Assembly (NCBI GenBank): GCA_011364985.1
Contig: RDOC01000003.1
Coordinates: 96,001-160,000, forward strand
Length of the DNA stretch: 64,000 bases
Reading direction: 5' to 3'
From: Candidatus Thorarchaeota archaeon
Lineage (GTDB): Archaea; Asgardarchaeota; Thorarchaeia; Thorarchaeales; Thorarchaeaceae
Numbering within the stretch: position 1 is the first letter of the stretch; every line of letters starts with the position of its first letter. The position numbers and the translations under genes were made by a program. This document shows positions 1-10,169 of this stretch, piece after piece. The notes beneath the pieces were generated by a model. That model was not told the origin of the DNA. It saw only the letters and a list, made by a program, of their open reading frames with translations, and did not search any database.

Positions 1-2
1 TC

Positions 3-239
3 AGCAATTCGATTCATAACGGCTGTGCAGGATTGATCCAAAATCTGGTCGATAGAGGCGTTCAAATACTGATAACTCAGGGTATGGGAAGGCGTCCATA
101 TATCATGGCTAAGGAGGCAGGAATTCCCATCATTCGTGCAGTAGGATCCACAGTGAATGAAGCAATTGAGAATTACATGAGAGGTACGACGACGCAAGTG
201 GACGATAATGACCTCTGCAGTCGTGGAAAAGCGCCCTGA
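3..239 (+). CDS. NifB/NifX-family (dinitrogenase FeMo-cofactor biosynthesis-like) protein, 5'-truncated by the window edge
   Basis: GVQILITQGMGRRP...AGIPI...TVNEAI signature; frame is open back to base 3. Confidence 0.8.
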   Translation, partial: SNSIHNGCAGLIQNLVDRGVQILITQGMGRRPYIMAKEAGIPIIRAVGSTVNEAIENYMRGTTTQVDDNDLCSRGKAP

Positions 240-244
240 GAAAG

Positions 245-547
245 TCACAGCTTGACCCATTGAGCGTGCGGATGACCTGCAATGTAACCAACAGCCTGTT
301 CATGAACAAACCCTGCGTTTATGGCAGCGTTAACACTGATCGGGCCCACCATATTTGCTATTGTTGCACGATTGAGATGACTAATGCATGACTTAACGTC
401 AACGAGGTCTTCCCCATAGAACTCCTTGGAAACCGTGAATTCCACCTTGCCCTCTACGAAAGTCTTGCCTAGTAAATCCTCATCACATATTGCCACAATG
501 TAGTGACCATCGTGTGTTTCCCGTACACGCATATACACCAAATTCAT
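245..547 (-). CDS. DUF424 family protein
   Basis: IVAICDEDLLGKTF.EG...V..EFYG and ANMVG motifs; likely start ATG 547; follows aIF-2beta as in other archaea. Confidence 0.85.
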   Translation of the reverse strand: MNLVYMRVRETHDGHYIVAICDEDLLGKTFVEGKVEFTVSKEFYGEDLVDVKSCISHLNRATIANMVGPISVNAAINAGFVHEQAVGYIAGHPHAQWVKL

Positions 548-560
548 GGCCAGTTCACCA

Positions 561-974
561 CTAGACCGGTCTAATAGATGTTCGGGCACCGCAGGCGCTG
601 CATAGAAGGTAGTACGCGCCGCTTTCCTTTGAGGTATCGGTATCTGGACGACCGCAGACAGGGCAGATAACGTAGGAATCAATGTAACGCTCTAGAACAT
701 CCTCAATCTGGTTTGATGTGAACTTACCGTTGAAAATGGCATTGCTGCCCTCGATAGTTCCAGCTGTTGCCAATTGGCCTGATACGTATTTGAGGACTTC
801 TTTTCCAGATCGATTTAGAATCATGATGATTTCCTGAAAGTTCTGCCACATGCTCCTGTTTCCTTGTACCATTAGCTGGATTTTCGGGACTTGAAACCTC
901 TCGCCTGATCTCTTGAATGCGTCCTCAGGTACTTGTGAACGTGCTCTATCAAGTATTTTCTCGTAATCGTCCAT
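561..974 (-). CDS. eif2b: Translation initiation factor 2 subunit beta
   Basis: DYEKILDRA...ERFQVP; C-terminal CPVCGRPDT...CSACGA zinc ribbon. Confidence 0.95.
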   Translation of the reverse strand: MDDYEKILDRARSQVPEDAFKRSGERFQVPKIQLMVQGNRSMWQNFQEIIMILNRSGKEVLKYVSGQLATAGTIEGSNAIFNGKFTSNQIEDVLERYIDSYVICPVCGRPDTDTSKESGAYYLLCSACGARTSIRPV

Positions 975-1034
975 GGTTCAATTCTCTCCGGCTGTTGCTA
1001 TTAAGATGTCGTTCTCTGCGAAACAACTGGTGCA

Positions 1035-1736
1035 TTAACCATTCATCAGAAGATATCTGCCGGTTTCCACCTCTCTTAGCAGATCTCGGTCACAAAGCGC
1101 GATTACTCGTAGATTGATTTCTACTTTGTCATAATCTCGTTCAGCGAAGAATTCTGCGATATCATTTATCGAGACTCCTTGTGGAGTAGTATGTAGCTCA
1201 ACATATTGTAGTATTTGCTTGTCGATTTTCCTCAAACCAGAGCCACTTGTAACTCTGGTAGTCTGGGCCATATCCGTTGGAGATGATGTTGCATCTAAGA
1301 GCGTCTCCTCCAAATCGGATGTGATTGGAGATGTAATTCCGCTTCGAGTAAGCAGAGCATGATATCGTTCCATAAGATGGAGCGACATATAGTTGGGATC
1401 ATCCAGTTCTCGAATAATTTCGGGAACAAGATAGATTTCGCTCTCATATTCTCGGATTTTTCCAACGAACAATGCCAGTTTGTTTGCTTCGATCTTTTCG
1501 AGGGCGCTGGCTTCCGTACCCCAAGCCTTTGCCTTAATTGTTTCAGTTCCATCATCGATTGTGATGCTGGCGAAATTTCCCTGTCCGACATATCGATCAA
1601 TTATGAAACCAACAAGTGCAACACGTCTCAATTCGACACCATAGGGCGAAATCACATGTGGTCCATTCTCGCTTCCAAACGTGCCGTTTACAATATCAGC
1701 TACATTGGATCGTACAGCTGTCATTCTCTCTCTCAT
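1035..1736 (-). CDS. RPA32/RPA2-like OB-fold ssDNA-binding protein with C-terminal winged helix
   Basis: RVALVG...IDDGTETI.AKAW...GKIREY OB fold, low-complexity linker, C-terminal wH-like segment. Confidence 0.8.
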   Translation of the reverse strand: MRERMTAVRSNVADIVNGTFGSENGPHVISPYGVELRRVALVGFIIDRYVGQGNFASITIDDGTETIKAKAWGTEASALEKIEANKLALFVGKIREYESEIYLVPEIIRELDDPNYMSLHLMERYHALLTRSGITSPITSDLEETLLDATSSPTDMAQTTRVTSGSGLRKIDKQILQYVELHTTPQGVSINDIAEFFAERDYDKVEINLRVIALCDRDLLREVETGRYLLMNG

Positions 1737-1799
1737 TGACCAAGGTCACCTATCTGCAACAATTCTCTTACATTTTGCTATTTATCGTTCACGGACAAG

Positions 1800-2834
1800 C
1801 TAGAAAAAGTCCGTCAGGGAACTCTGCTCTGTGGAATCACGCAGCTCCTCAAGAGCTTTTTGAAGACGCTGGAGAGAGGACTCCACCCTGCTCAGACTGA
1901 AGTCATGTTCGTTGCACAGGATTCGCATCAAGTTGTCCTTGTCAAAATCATGCCATTTTGGTTTTGATATATCCGCCTTTGGGGGATTCAAGAAGATATT
2001 ACGAATCTCATCATAGGGAAAATTGTATTGAATATCTTCTGCCGCTTCAATCCCTTCAATATCCAAATGTTTCTTGATAAGCTTCAAAGCAGTCTTAGGT
2101 CCTATTCCTTTGACTCCGTCGTTGTAGTCTGTTCCCACCAGAATAGCGATGTCAATGAGTTGCTCCCTTGTAATTCCTAACAGCCTGAGATTCATATCCA
2201 AATCAACAAGTTCAGGATGAACTGCCTTATAGGATCCAGACCTAGATGCACGTCTCCTGCCAGATATTGTGAGATTTCGTACCAACCGAGGGCAATTGTA
2301 AAGAAAAGAGTCGTTGTCCTGACTCGCTGACGCCCATGCTATATTGGCGCGTGTCATTTGGGCAGCTAGAGCCTCCCCTTCGGAGGGCGCCTGAATAACC
2401 GGGATGCCAAGGGCTGCCAAGAGATTCTTGCTCTCTTCGATCATGGATGTGGTAAGACGCGAACTGGCTTGGGCAGCCTTTCGAGCATCCTCTATCCGTC
2501 CCTCTTCTTTTGCGACCAGCCATTCTTCATAGGCTGCGTCTCTGATTTCCTTTCTCCTGTCCACCTCTGCAGCTTTCAGTTCAGGAGGTTTTCCATCGAA
2601 TACATAGACAGGACGAACACCAGCCTCGAGCAAGTTGAGGTTTCTATAGAAGAGACCTGATAGATGGCTAGTGACACGGCCTTTGCGGTCCATAAGGGGG
2701 GTTCCATCCGGCTGCCGAATGCTAGAAAGAAAGGCGTAGACTGTGTTAAAGGCATCAAATGCAATCACTCGGTCTTTCAGGTCATTCAGCGAGATGATTT
2801 CTGCCTTCATTATGTCGGCTAGCTTAGTGCCCAT
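1800..2834 (-). CDS. fen: Flap endonuclease 1
   Basis: DAFN..YAFL.SIRQPDGTPL, APSEGEA, ASQD.D, GTDYN.G..GIGPK; C-terminal PIP box QSSLTDFF. Confidence 0.97.
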   Translation of the reverse strand: MGTKLADIMKAEIISLNDLKDRVIAFDAFNTVYAFLSSIRQPDGTPLMDRKGRVTSHLSGLFYRNLNLLEAGVRPVYVFDGKPPELKAAEVDRRKEIRDAAYEEWLVAKEEGRIEDARKAAQASSRLTTSMIEESKNLLAALGIPVIQAPSEGEALAAQMTRANIAWASASQDNDSFLYNCPRLVRNLTISGRRRASRSGSYKAVHPELVDLDMNLRLLGITREQLIDIAILVGTDYNDGVKGIGPKTALKLIKKHLDIEGIEAAEDIQYNFPYDEIRNIFLNPPKADISKPKWHDFDKDNLMRILCNEHDFSLSRVESSLQRLQKALEELRDSTEQSSLTDFF

Positions 2835-2924
2835 TTTTGCTCGCCACCATCTGACGGAAGTAGATTATTAGAACAGAGCATATATGGATTGGCAAGAGGC
2901 TTCATCATATTTCGACACTTCGGC

Positions 2925-2938
2925 AAGTTTATAAAAAC
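2925..2938 (+). promoter_or_regulatory. Probable TATA box (TTTATAAA) in the divergent fen / zinc-finger intergenic region
   Basis: AAGTTTATAAAAAC about 65 nt upstream of ATG 3000. Confidence 0.4.
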
Positions 2939-2999
2939 CTCAAAGATGGCGACATGAGACCCATAGGGGATAACTCACTCTGGTGATAATTTGTCTAGC

Positions 3000-3167
3000 A
3001 TGAGAGCTATACGATGTACTTCGTGCCACCGGTCGATTTCTCCGCAGGAGAATAGTGTGAAATTTCAGTGCCCTTCTTGCGGCGAATTTGTCATTTGGCG
3101 TTGTGAAGTATGCAGACGTTTCTCGGTCAAGTATACCTGCCCCAATTGTGCTTTTGAGGGACCATAA
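3000..3167 (+). CDS. Small double zinc-ribbon protein (DUF1610/HVO_2753 family), 55 aa, absent from the ORF track
   Basis: Own translation: MRAIRCTSCHRSISPQENSVKFQCPSCGEFVIWRCEVCRRFSVKYTCPNCAFEGP; four CxxC; conserved position upstream of aEF-1beta. Confidence 0.92.
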   Translation: MRAIRCTSCHRSISPQENSVKFQCPSCGEFVIWRCEVCRRFSVKYTCPNCAFEGP

Positions 3168-3190
3168 ATCAAACAAGGAGTACACTGCTA

Positions 3191-3457
3191 ATGGCAAGAG
3201 TAGTAATCACATTGAAAATCATGCCCGAGGATGTTGATGTTGACCTAAATGGCCTTCTCGAGAAAATCAAAGCGGTTGTGCCAAAAGGAACTGATGTTGG
3301 CGCGACTGAGATCACCCCGGTGGCCTTTGGCTTAAACGCTCTTAGAATGAACGTGTCCAGAGAAGAGTCAATGGGTGGAACAGATGATATTGAAGCAGCA
3401 ATCAGCGAACTTGATGGTGTATCGCAAGTGGAAGTTGAACGTGTTTCCAGAATGTGA
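3191..3457 (+). CDS. ef1b: Elongation factor 1-beta
   Basis: MARVVITLKIMPEDVDVDL...PVAFGL.AL...GGTD.IE. Confidence 0.95.
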   Translation: MARVVITLKIMPEDVDVDLNGLLEKIKAVVPKGTDVGATEITPVAFGLNALRMNVSREESMGGTDDIEAAISELDGVSQVEVERVSRM

Positions 3458-3697
3458 GTTTCGCGCCACATGCTTCACTGTGATCATTCCTGCTTTGGTT
3501 GCTTGCTCAGGTTTATATCATTTCCAGAGTGATATTCATCAGTAACTTGGGAATTGGGTCCGTACCAGATGATATTCCCAGAGAAACACTAATCAACGGA
3601 TATTTGATTGAGGGAAGTGAAACGGAGCTACAGATGCCAAGAAACCCGTCCTGTTTCTGGATTATCAGGCATATAATCTGGAGGTTGTATTTAGACA

Positions 3698-5893
3698 TTG
3701 GTCGAAATCGTACTCAAAGTAACGGAAGCGGAACATCGAGACATTGGTAGGTTCATTGTACGTATAGATGCTATGTCCATGGAAAAACTAGGAGTCAGGA
3801 CAGGTGATATAATCCAGATCAAGGGAAAGAAGATCACGGCAGCTATTGCTTGGCCTGCCTATCAGGGTGACAAGGGAAGAGAGATAATCCGAATGGACGG
3901 CCGTATTCGAAGAAATGCGGGAGTTTCTCTTAGCGAAAAAGTCGCTGTTGCACGTGCAAATGAAGAACCAGCACGTAATGTGACCTTAGCGCCCACGTCA
4001 GTACCAATTCGTCCGGAGCCCAGATTTGAGGAGTTTGTTAAGCGAAAGCTGTTAAACTGCCCTGTTACTCTGAATGATACAGTATTCATTCCGATTCTTG
4101 GTAGAGCGATACCATTCAAAGTCACTTCAATAAAGCCAGCTGGAACTGTCGTTGTACAGCATTCTACAATGCTAACGATTGCTGAGAAGCCAACCGGAGA
4201 TATAATCAGTACTTCACAAGTGACATACGAAGAAATTGGAGGGCTCTCTGATGCAATTCAACGCATTAGAGAGATGGTAGAGCTTCCGATGAAACATCCA
4301 GAGATCTTCAAGAGATTAGGAATTGACCCGCCCCGAGGCCTCATCTTGCATGGGCCTCCTGGGACTGGCAAGACATTACTGGCAAAAGCCGTGGCGACGG
4401 AATCAGAGGCGAATTTTGTCCATATTAACGGGCCAGAGATTATGTCCAAGTTCTACGGTGAATCAGAACAGAAACTCAGGAAGATATTCGAAGAGGCAGA
4501 AGAAAACGCTCCCAGTATTATTTTCATTGACGAGTTGGACGCCATTGCACCAAAGCGTGAAGACGTTCAAGGAGAAGTCGAACGAAGGGTTGTTGCACAG
4601 CTTTTGGCCACCATGGATGGGCTGAAGACTCGTGGTCAGGTCATTGTAATCGGTGCGACGAATCGTGTAAATGCTCTCGACCCAGCCCTTAGACGTCCTG
4701 GAAGATTCGATAGAGAAATCGAGATTGGTGTTCCTGATGAGATTGGTCGCCTTCAGATACTACAAATTCATTCAAGAGGAATGCCACTCACATCCGAGGG
4801 GGACAAGGCGGTAAACCTCCAGAACCTCGCGAACACAACTCATGGTTTTGTAGGGGCGGATCTTCATGCCCTCTGCAGAGAAGCGGCTATGAAAGCCCTG
4901 AGAAGATATCTTCCCCAAATCAACCTAGAAGAGGAAGAGATTCCTGAAGAAGTGCTGGAGGAACTTGAGGTAAACAACGATGATTTCGTTGGAGCCCTGC
5001 GGGAAATCCAACCATCCGCGGTTAGGGAAGTATTCATCGAGATTCCTAATGTGAAGTGGGAAGATATTGGTGGACTAGAGGACATCAAACAGAAGTTGAT
5101 TGAAGTTGTTGAATGGCCCCTAAAGAAACCAGAATCATTCAGACGAGTAGGAATCACACCACCAAAAGGAGTATTGATTTGGGGTCCTCCGGGATGTGGA
5201 AAGACACTACTTGCCAAGGCAGTAGCAACCGAGTCGGAAGCAAATTTCATCAGCGTGAAAGGACCCGAATTGCTTTCAAAATGGGTTGGCGAGAGTGAGA
5301 AAGCAATTCGAGAGGTGTTCAGAAAGGCAAGAACAGCTGCGCCAGCAATAATATTCTTCGATGAGATTGACGCGCTAGCACCAATTCGAGGCAGAATCTC
5401 TGGAGATAGCGGTGTATCTGAGCGAGTCATGAGCCAATTGCTTACCGAGATGGATGGTCTTGAATCCATGAAAGATATTGTGGTACTTGCTGCAACAAAC
5501 CGCCCAAGACTCATTGACAGGGCTTTGCTTAGAAAGGGTCGTTTTGATCGCCACGTGAGAGTACGCCCTCCAAATGCTGATGGGCGAAGAGAGATATTCG
5601 AGATATATACGAGGGAAATGCCACTTGATGCAGACATCTCAATTAATAAGCTTGTACAGCTGACAGAGGGCTATACTGGAGGCGATATCGAATCCCTCTG
5701 CAAAGAAGCGGGGATGCATGCCCTAAGAGAGGACCTCCAAATCGAAATCGTATCATGGAGGCATTTTGACGCAGCCCTAAAGGAAACACCCCCATCTGTC
5801 ACTCCTGCAGACTTGGCAGAATATGACAAGATCGAGGAGGAATTCCAAAGAGCAGCTGCACAACCCATTGAGGCGCCGCCTGGATACATCTAA
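3698..5893 (+). CDS. cdc48: CDC48/VCP-family AAA+ ATPase
   Basis: N-domain plus two AAA modules ([24 protein letters not shown]); C-terminal GYI resembling HbYX. Confidence 0.97.
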   Translation: MVEIVLKVTEAEHRDIGRFIVRIDAMSMEKLGVRTGDIIQIKGKKITAAIAWPAYQGDKGREIIRMDGRIRRNAGVSLSEKVAVARANEEPARNVTLAPTSVPIRPEPRFEEFVKRKLLNCPVTLNDTVFIPILGRAIPFKVTSIKPAGTVVVQHSTMLTIAEKPTGDIISTSQVTYEEIGGLSDAIQRIREMVELPMKHPEIFKRLGIDPPRGLILHGPPGTGKTLLAKAVATESEANFVHINGPEIMSKFYGESEQKLRKIFEEAEENAPSIIFIDELDAIAPKREDVQGEVERRVVAQLLATMDGLKTRGQVIVIGATNRVNALDPALRRPGRFDREIEIGVPDEIGRLQILQIHSRGMPLTSEGDKAVNLQNLANTTHGFVGADLHALCREAAMKALRRYLPQINLEEEEIPEEVLEELEVNNDDFVGALREIQPSAVREVFIEIPNVKWEDIGGLEDIKQKLIEVVEWPLKKPESFRRVGITPPKGVLIWGPPGCGKTLLAKAVATESEANFISVKGPELLSKWVGESEKAIREVFRKARTAAPAIIFFDEIDALAPIRGRISGDSGVSERVMSQLLTEMDGLESMKDIVVLAATNRPRLIDRALLRKGRFDRHVRVRPPNADGRREIFEIYTREMPLDADISINKLVQLTEGYTGGDIESLCKEAGMHALREDLQIEIVSWRHFDAALKETPPSVTPADLAEYDKIEEEFQRAAAQPIEAPPGYI

Positions 5894-5906
5894 GGAAGTG
5901 ATTGTG

Positions 5907-6167
5907 ATGACAACGTGGAGTATCATGCCTCTCAGAAATATCATCATCGAGATTCTAAAGAAACGTCGAGGCGTAATCCTTGATGATGAGCTACAAAGGG
6001 CATTGAAGAAAGAACTCGGCGATGAACCAAGTGAAGCGGAGCTAAACTCTGCACTCATGCAGCTTGAGATTAACGGGCTTGTTCATGTAAGTCAAATCAC
6101 AAAGACAAAGAGACGAATCGAAGTCATTACAGATGCCCATGAGTTCCTCGCTGTTGATGAAGACTAG
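5907..6167 (+). CDS. Small winged-helix protein encoded downstream of cdc48
   Basis: PLRNIIIEILKKR.G...D.EL...ELNSALMQLEINGLVHV wH pattern; start ATG 5907. Confidence 0.75.
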   Translation: MTTWSIMPLRNIIIEILKKRRGVILDDELQRALKKELGDEPSEAELNSALMQLEINGLVHVSQITKTKRRIEVITDAHEFLAVDED

Positions 6168-6193
6168 AAGTAGGTTCAAGAGGAGACAATTAC

Positions 6194-6655
6194 ATGGCCG
6201 GCAAACGAGTACTGGCTGCTGGCAAATTCGACATCCTTCATTTGGGTCACTTAGCCTATTTAGAGCAGGCCAGACAGCTTGCTGGTGATGATGGAGAACT
6301 CATCGTTGTGATAGCGCTAGATAAGATCATAGAAAGTGAACGAGGAGCACCTCCAGTCTTCCCTGCAGAGCAAAGACGCCGCTTAGTAGAAAGCTTGGGT
6401 ATTGTCGATAAGGCGATTATTGGTTATGACACCACAGACCACACCCGAATCGTAGTAGATACAAATCCGGATATCGTTGCCCTTGGTTATGATCAATACA
6501 CGGATATTGATGCCTTGGAAGCTGCCTTTAGAACAGAGAGAATGAATACGAGAGTCATTCGGCTTGAGAAGAAGGAAGCAAATGGACTATGCTCTTCAAC
6601 ACTCATTCGAAAGAGGATAATTGACTACTACAGAGAGAATGGGCGGCCAAGATAG
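6194..6655 (+). CDS. ribL: FAD synthase (archaeal RibL, cytidylyltransferase family)
   Basis: GKFDILHLGH (HxGH), PDIVALGYDQ, CSST..RKRI. Confidence 0.85.
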   Translation: MAGKRVLAAGKFDILHLGHLAYLEQARQLAGDDGELIVVIALDKIIESERGAPPVFPAEQRRRLVESLGIVDKAIIGYDTTDHTRIVVDTNPDIVALGYDQYTDIDALEAAFRTERMNTRVIRLEKKEANGLCSSTLIRKRIIDYYRENGRPR

Positions 6656-6659
6656 ATTC

Positions 6660-8048
6660 CTAGAGTACTAGTTCTCCACGGTCTCTCGCTGCTTGAATCA
6701 TCAGTTGTTTTCGTTCTCTGCGATCAAAGGTCTTCTTCCAGATGAAATATGCAACTCCAGCGAGAAGCACCAGAAAAAGCATTCCAAGCAGAGTCCACCA
6801 TCCATAGGGAAAATGTGAAAAGAAGTCCGGCAGAGGACCGTTTATGAAGTAAGGCCAGTTACAGATTGCACCAAATGCATAGAGTAGACCAACTAGGGTT
6901 ATCAACTTGAGATAGCCGATCATATGCTCGTCCTTTTCAAAGAGAAATACAACCAAGGCGAGCCACATCAGATACCAAGGCATGACCCATCTAAATAGGA
7001 ACAGGATTCCTGGCAATATATAGATATAGAACGGCCTTAGCAACTTGATTTTATCCCACCAACCTGCATCCAGGAATTCCCGCTTGGATGGCAAGTACGG
7101 TTTTATGGTGAACAGAATAAAGACTGCGAAGATGATGAAAGGTATCAGTGCTGGAGGCCACATGTAGTAGTTGTCAAGATTGCCCATTGCGAAGTCCTGA
7201 GTCGCGAAGAAGAGGCCCGGATAGAGAGGATTGACTATGAATGAGCTATACGAGGACGTGTTTAGAAAATGCGAAACTAGGGAATCGAAATTCGCTCCAA
7301 GAAAGGCGAATGGGATTATTGTGAGAAGTGTAGATGCAAAGAACCAAATAATGGATATCGGCGAAGTCAGGAATAAAATGGGCAGGGCAACAATGGAATA
7401 GATCTTGGTCTGTACCGAGAGCCCGAGAGTAAACATGGCTTTTCCATATTGTTTCTCTTCACGTAACACCAAAGCCATCAGTAACAGGCAATCAACAATT
7501 GGCTCTAGCTTGCCGCCTCCGGCGGAGAGCATTAGTCCGTAGATGTAGTACCCACCGACAAACAGTCTGGCCCATTTCTTAGTATAAATACGTTCTTTCA
7601 GCAGTATCGCAATTAGTACAAGATTAAGATTGAAGACCAGCACGAGTAGGAAGTTCAACCATAAGGGTTGCAGTCCTCCCTGACCAGGGTAGAGAAACGT
7701 CGCTATCGCGAAAAAGATCAGACCGAAGACCGGATATTCATAGGTGATGTTGCCTAGGTAATCTGGTAGCGTATGCAGACCATCATTGTAGTCCCATTCA
7801 GGGGGCAAAGCTGCTGCAAGCTCGTGATCATTGTAGTTGTAGACCGTAAAGCCATAAATCCAGAAGGCCTCCCCATACATCTCATTACGATTCCGGTCTC
7901 TCTGAATGACTATCGTGTGTGCAATAGGTATTGCTATCATTGAGATGATGAGACTCAGGACGAGATACTTCCGATACTGGTAAATCGTAAGAGATATCGC
8001 ACTGAGCATTGAAACACCGCCAAACCATGCTTGGACTGAGAGGCGCAT
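6660..8048 (-). CDS. Polytopic membrane protein, GT-C/GT87-like glycosyltransferase candidate
   Basis: About 11 hydrophobic segments; YEYP, K.Y and PWY..W motifs typical of GT87/PIG-M-like proteins. Confidence 0.55.
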   Translation of the reverse strand: MRLSVQAWFGGVSMLSAISLTIYQYRKYLVLSLIISMIAIPIAHTIVIQRDRNRNEMYGEAFWIYGFTVYNYNDHELAAALPPEWDYNDGLHTLPDYLGNITYEYPVFGLIFFAIATFLYPGQGGLQPLWLNFLLVLVFNLNLVLIAILLKERIYTKKWARLFVGGYYIYGLMLSAGGGKLEPIVDCLLLMALVLREEKQYGKAMFTLGLSVQTKIYSIVALPILFLTSPISIIWFFASTLLTIIPFAFLGANFDSLVSHFLNTSSYSSFIVNPLYPGLFFATQDFAMGNLDNYYMWPPALIPFIIFAVFILFTIKPYLPSKREFLDAGWWDKIKLLRPFYIYILPGILFLFRWVMPWYLMWLALVVFLFEKDEHMIGYLKLITLVGLLYAFGAICNWPYFINGPLPDFFSHFPYGWWTLLGMLFLVLLAGVAYFIWKKTFDRRERKQLMIQAARDRGELVL

Positions 8049-8109
8049 TTAGAACATAATTAACCTTGTGGCACGAAAGCACATCCAGTATATAATCACT
8101 CGTAATAGG

Positions 8110-10062
8110 TTAGGAAAGATAGGTGGGACAGGGCCATGAATTGCATTCAAGACAGTTCACACATTTGTTTTGGTTGACAGAAATCTTTCCCAGTTCCAGA
8201 GAGAGAGCGTTTTGAGGACACTGAGGGACACAAGAACCACAGGCTTGGCACAACATGGCACGTCTGATGGTGCGTTCAACTTGTTCAGCAAGAGATTCAA
8301 CCTCTTTTTCGTCATCACCCCTCACGACGAGAGACCCTGATGAGAAGATAAGAATGCTGCTGGATCCTGATGTGCTGCGTAGGGCACCTAGTTCTTCGGA
8401 ACACCTAGTCTTCCCGAAGATAGGTAGAAGCTCAGCGATTCTCTCAAGATCCAATCCACTTGGAAATTGACCCTCAATAGAATATCCTGCTGATGTACAT
8501 GGGGCTACTCCTTTTGTGATGGTCAGTTTCAGCTCATCAGCGGGTCCGGGACGGTCAGGAGCAATGTCAATGCCAAGCTTCTGTGCAAGCTTCATTTGAC
8601 CTTGGGGTATTCGTTTCCATCTCCAAAAACCGAAATCGACCCACTCCTTTGGAAAACCAAAACGGTCAGCCCAAGAATACATAGAACTGGCCCACCGTTC
8701 ATACAACTCAGGATGAGTGGATTTCAAACTCTCAAACTCGGAGAGAGGCGAAGAGGGGCATAGATAACAGCCCATCCGATGATAGCCTTTATTGTATGAG
8801 GGGTTGAATGAAGATTTCTCTCGAAATATGTAGAGCCATACTTCCAATGCATTCCAGTTTCTAATTGGATTGGCTGAGGTCTGACCTGGAACCCAAGGAT
8901 TGGAGGTTACTCGAGGCTCTATAGACCGCTGGAAAGACTCTAGGCGTCGCTGACCCATGAAGCTAAGAGAAGACCCACCCATTTGCTCACTTATGGAAGT
9001 TGCTGCAGGACCAAGTTTGAGAATCTTGCAGCACCAGCGGAAGTCTCGTGCAGGAGGCCCAAAGCTAGCGATAGATTCCCAATATTGATTGCCGCTCTCT
9101 TGGCCTAGAATGCGTGCAGCTCTTTCCTCTGCAAAGGAATGGATGTAGTCAATGGTTTCAGGAAGCTCCAGTCCTGTATCCACAAAGAATAGAGGAGGAC
9201 TGAACCCGAGCGCCTTTTCCACAAGGAGGTATGTGGCAAGAGAGTCTTTGCCACCGCTAAACCCAACGACCACCGGGAAATCTCCCTTTTCGGCAGTTCG
9301 CTTGATGAAAGAAACTGCTTCATGTTCTATCTCTTGGAGGCCGTCTTCATTTGCTATGACCGCTTTGTCCCAAGAGGAGGGTGTTTGGATTACTAGCGAT
9401 TTAGAGGGCTCCGCCACTTCTCGGATTTTTACGGCAAACCCCTTTGTCGCCTTGGCCATTTTCCTTCCGTTCATTCGAGCAATTCCAACGGCAACGACAT
9501 CACCATCTGAGTTGATGACCCAAACTTCGTCGTTCTCTTCTATGCCTGAATCACAGCCTGCAATCCCCGGGAGCATCAGGTTTGCTCCATCTAGGAGATA
9601 CTTGAGGACGCCCTCTTTCATGGAAACCCATTTCTGCTTAGACAAGTGACCAATTCTCTTCGCTCCTTCCAGAGTGAGAAGAAAGACGTATTGATGAGTT
9701 GGAATTTCGAATCGCAATCGACCAATGATTTGGCCTCCTGCAATGACCTCGAACATGGTATCTAGAGAAGGGATCTTGTTCAGAACTATTGTAGTGTCGA
9801 TAGGGAGAAGGGCAGGACCAACACCATCGCCAAATTGCGCATCAATAGCAGTCCTCGCCTGTGCAAGATGACCATCCATCGCAGGGAAAGGGTCGCCAGG
9901 AGGAGAGATATCAACTTCGCGAGAGGGAGTCCCGCATATGTTGCATTTAGTGGGAGAGATTCGGGGAACATTGCATGTATCACACCAGTAGAACCTAATC
10001 TTCGTGAGGTATGGAGCATGCCCTCTCCTGAATCTTCTGTGAGGCTTTTTCCGTTTTGTCAG
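8110..10062 (-). CDS. PAPS-reductase-family protein with N-terminal Zn finger, PUA domain and C-terminal 4Fe-4S
   Basis: SGGKDS, RWCC, R.GC.LCP, CQACGSC...C. Frame continues upstream of 9879 with WCDTCNVP...CNICG; probable CTG start at 10062. Confidence 0.85.
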   Translation of the reverse strand: MTKRKKPHRRFRRGHAPYLTKIRFYWCDTCNVPRISPTKCNICGTPSREVDISPPGDPFPAMDGHLAQARTAIDAQFGDGVGPALLPIDTTIVLNKIPSLDTMFEVIAGGQIIGRLRFEIPTHQYVFLLTLEGAKRIGHLSKQKWVSMKEGVLKYLLDGANLMLPGIAGCDSGIEENDEVWVINSDGDVVAVGIARMNGRKMAKATKGFAVKIREVAEPSKSLVIQTPSSWDKAVIANEDGLQEIEHEAVSFIKRTAEKGDFPVVVGFSGGKDSLATYLLVEKALGFSPPLFFVDTGLELPETIDYIHSFAEERAARILGQESGNQYWESIASFGPPARDFRWCCKILKLGPAATSISEQMGGSSLSFMGQRRLESFQRSIEPRVTSNPWVPGQTSANPIRNWNALEVWLYIFREKSSFNPSYNKGYHRMGCYLCPSSPLSEFESLKSTHPELYERWASSMYSWADRFGFPKEWVDFGFWRWKRIPQGQMKLAQKLGIDIAPDRPGPADELKLTITKGVAPCTSAGYSIEGQFPSGLDLERIAELLPIFGKTRCSEELGALRSTSGSSSILIFSSGSLVVRGDDEKEVESLAEQVERTIRRAMLCQACGSCVPQCPQNALSLELGKISVNQNKCVNCLECNSWPCPTYLS

Positions 10063-10169
10063 TTTGGTACATCTCCAGTAATAGCGGGCATGGTTGTTTT
10101 GGCATTACTTGTAATTTGGCCAATAAAAGCGTCGATGTGGCTGCAATAGCGAGAAATCATGCAGCGCTG

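Noticed and set aside
548-682. N-terminal extension of the DUF424 ORF
   Set aside because: Overlaps aIF-2beta; family similarity begins at ATG 547
3862-5889. Long antisense ORFs inside cdc48 (and similar ones in srp54, acdA, smc, aor, hef)
   Set aside because: Shadow frames of conserved genes; Ser/Ile-rich with no motifs
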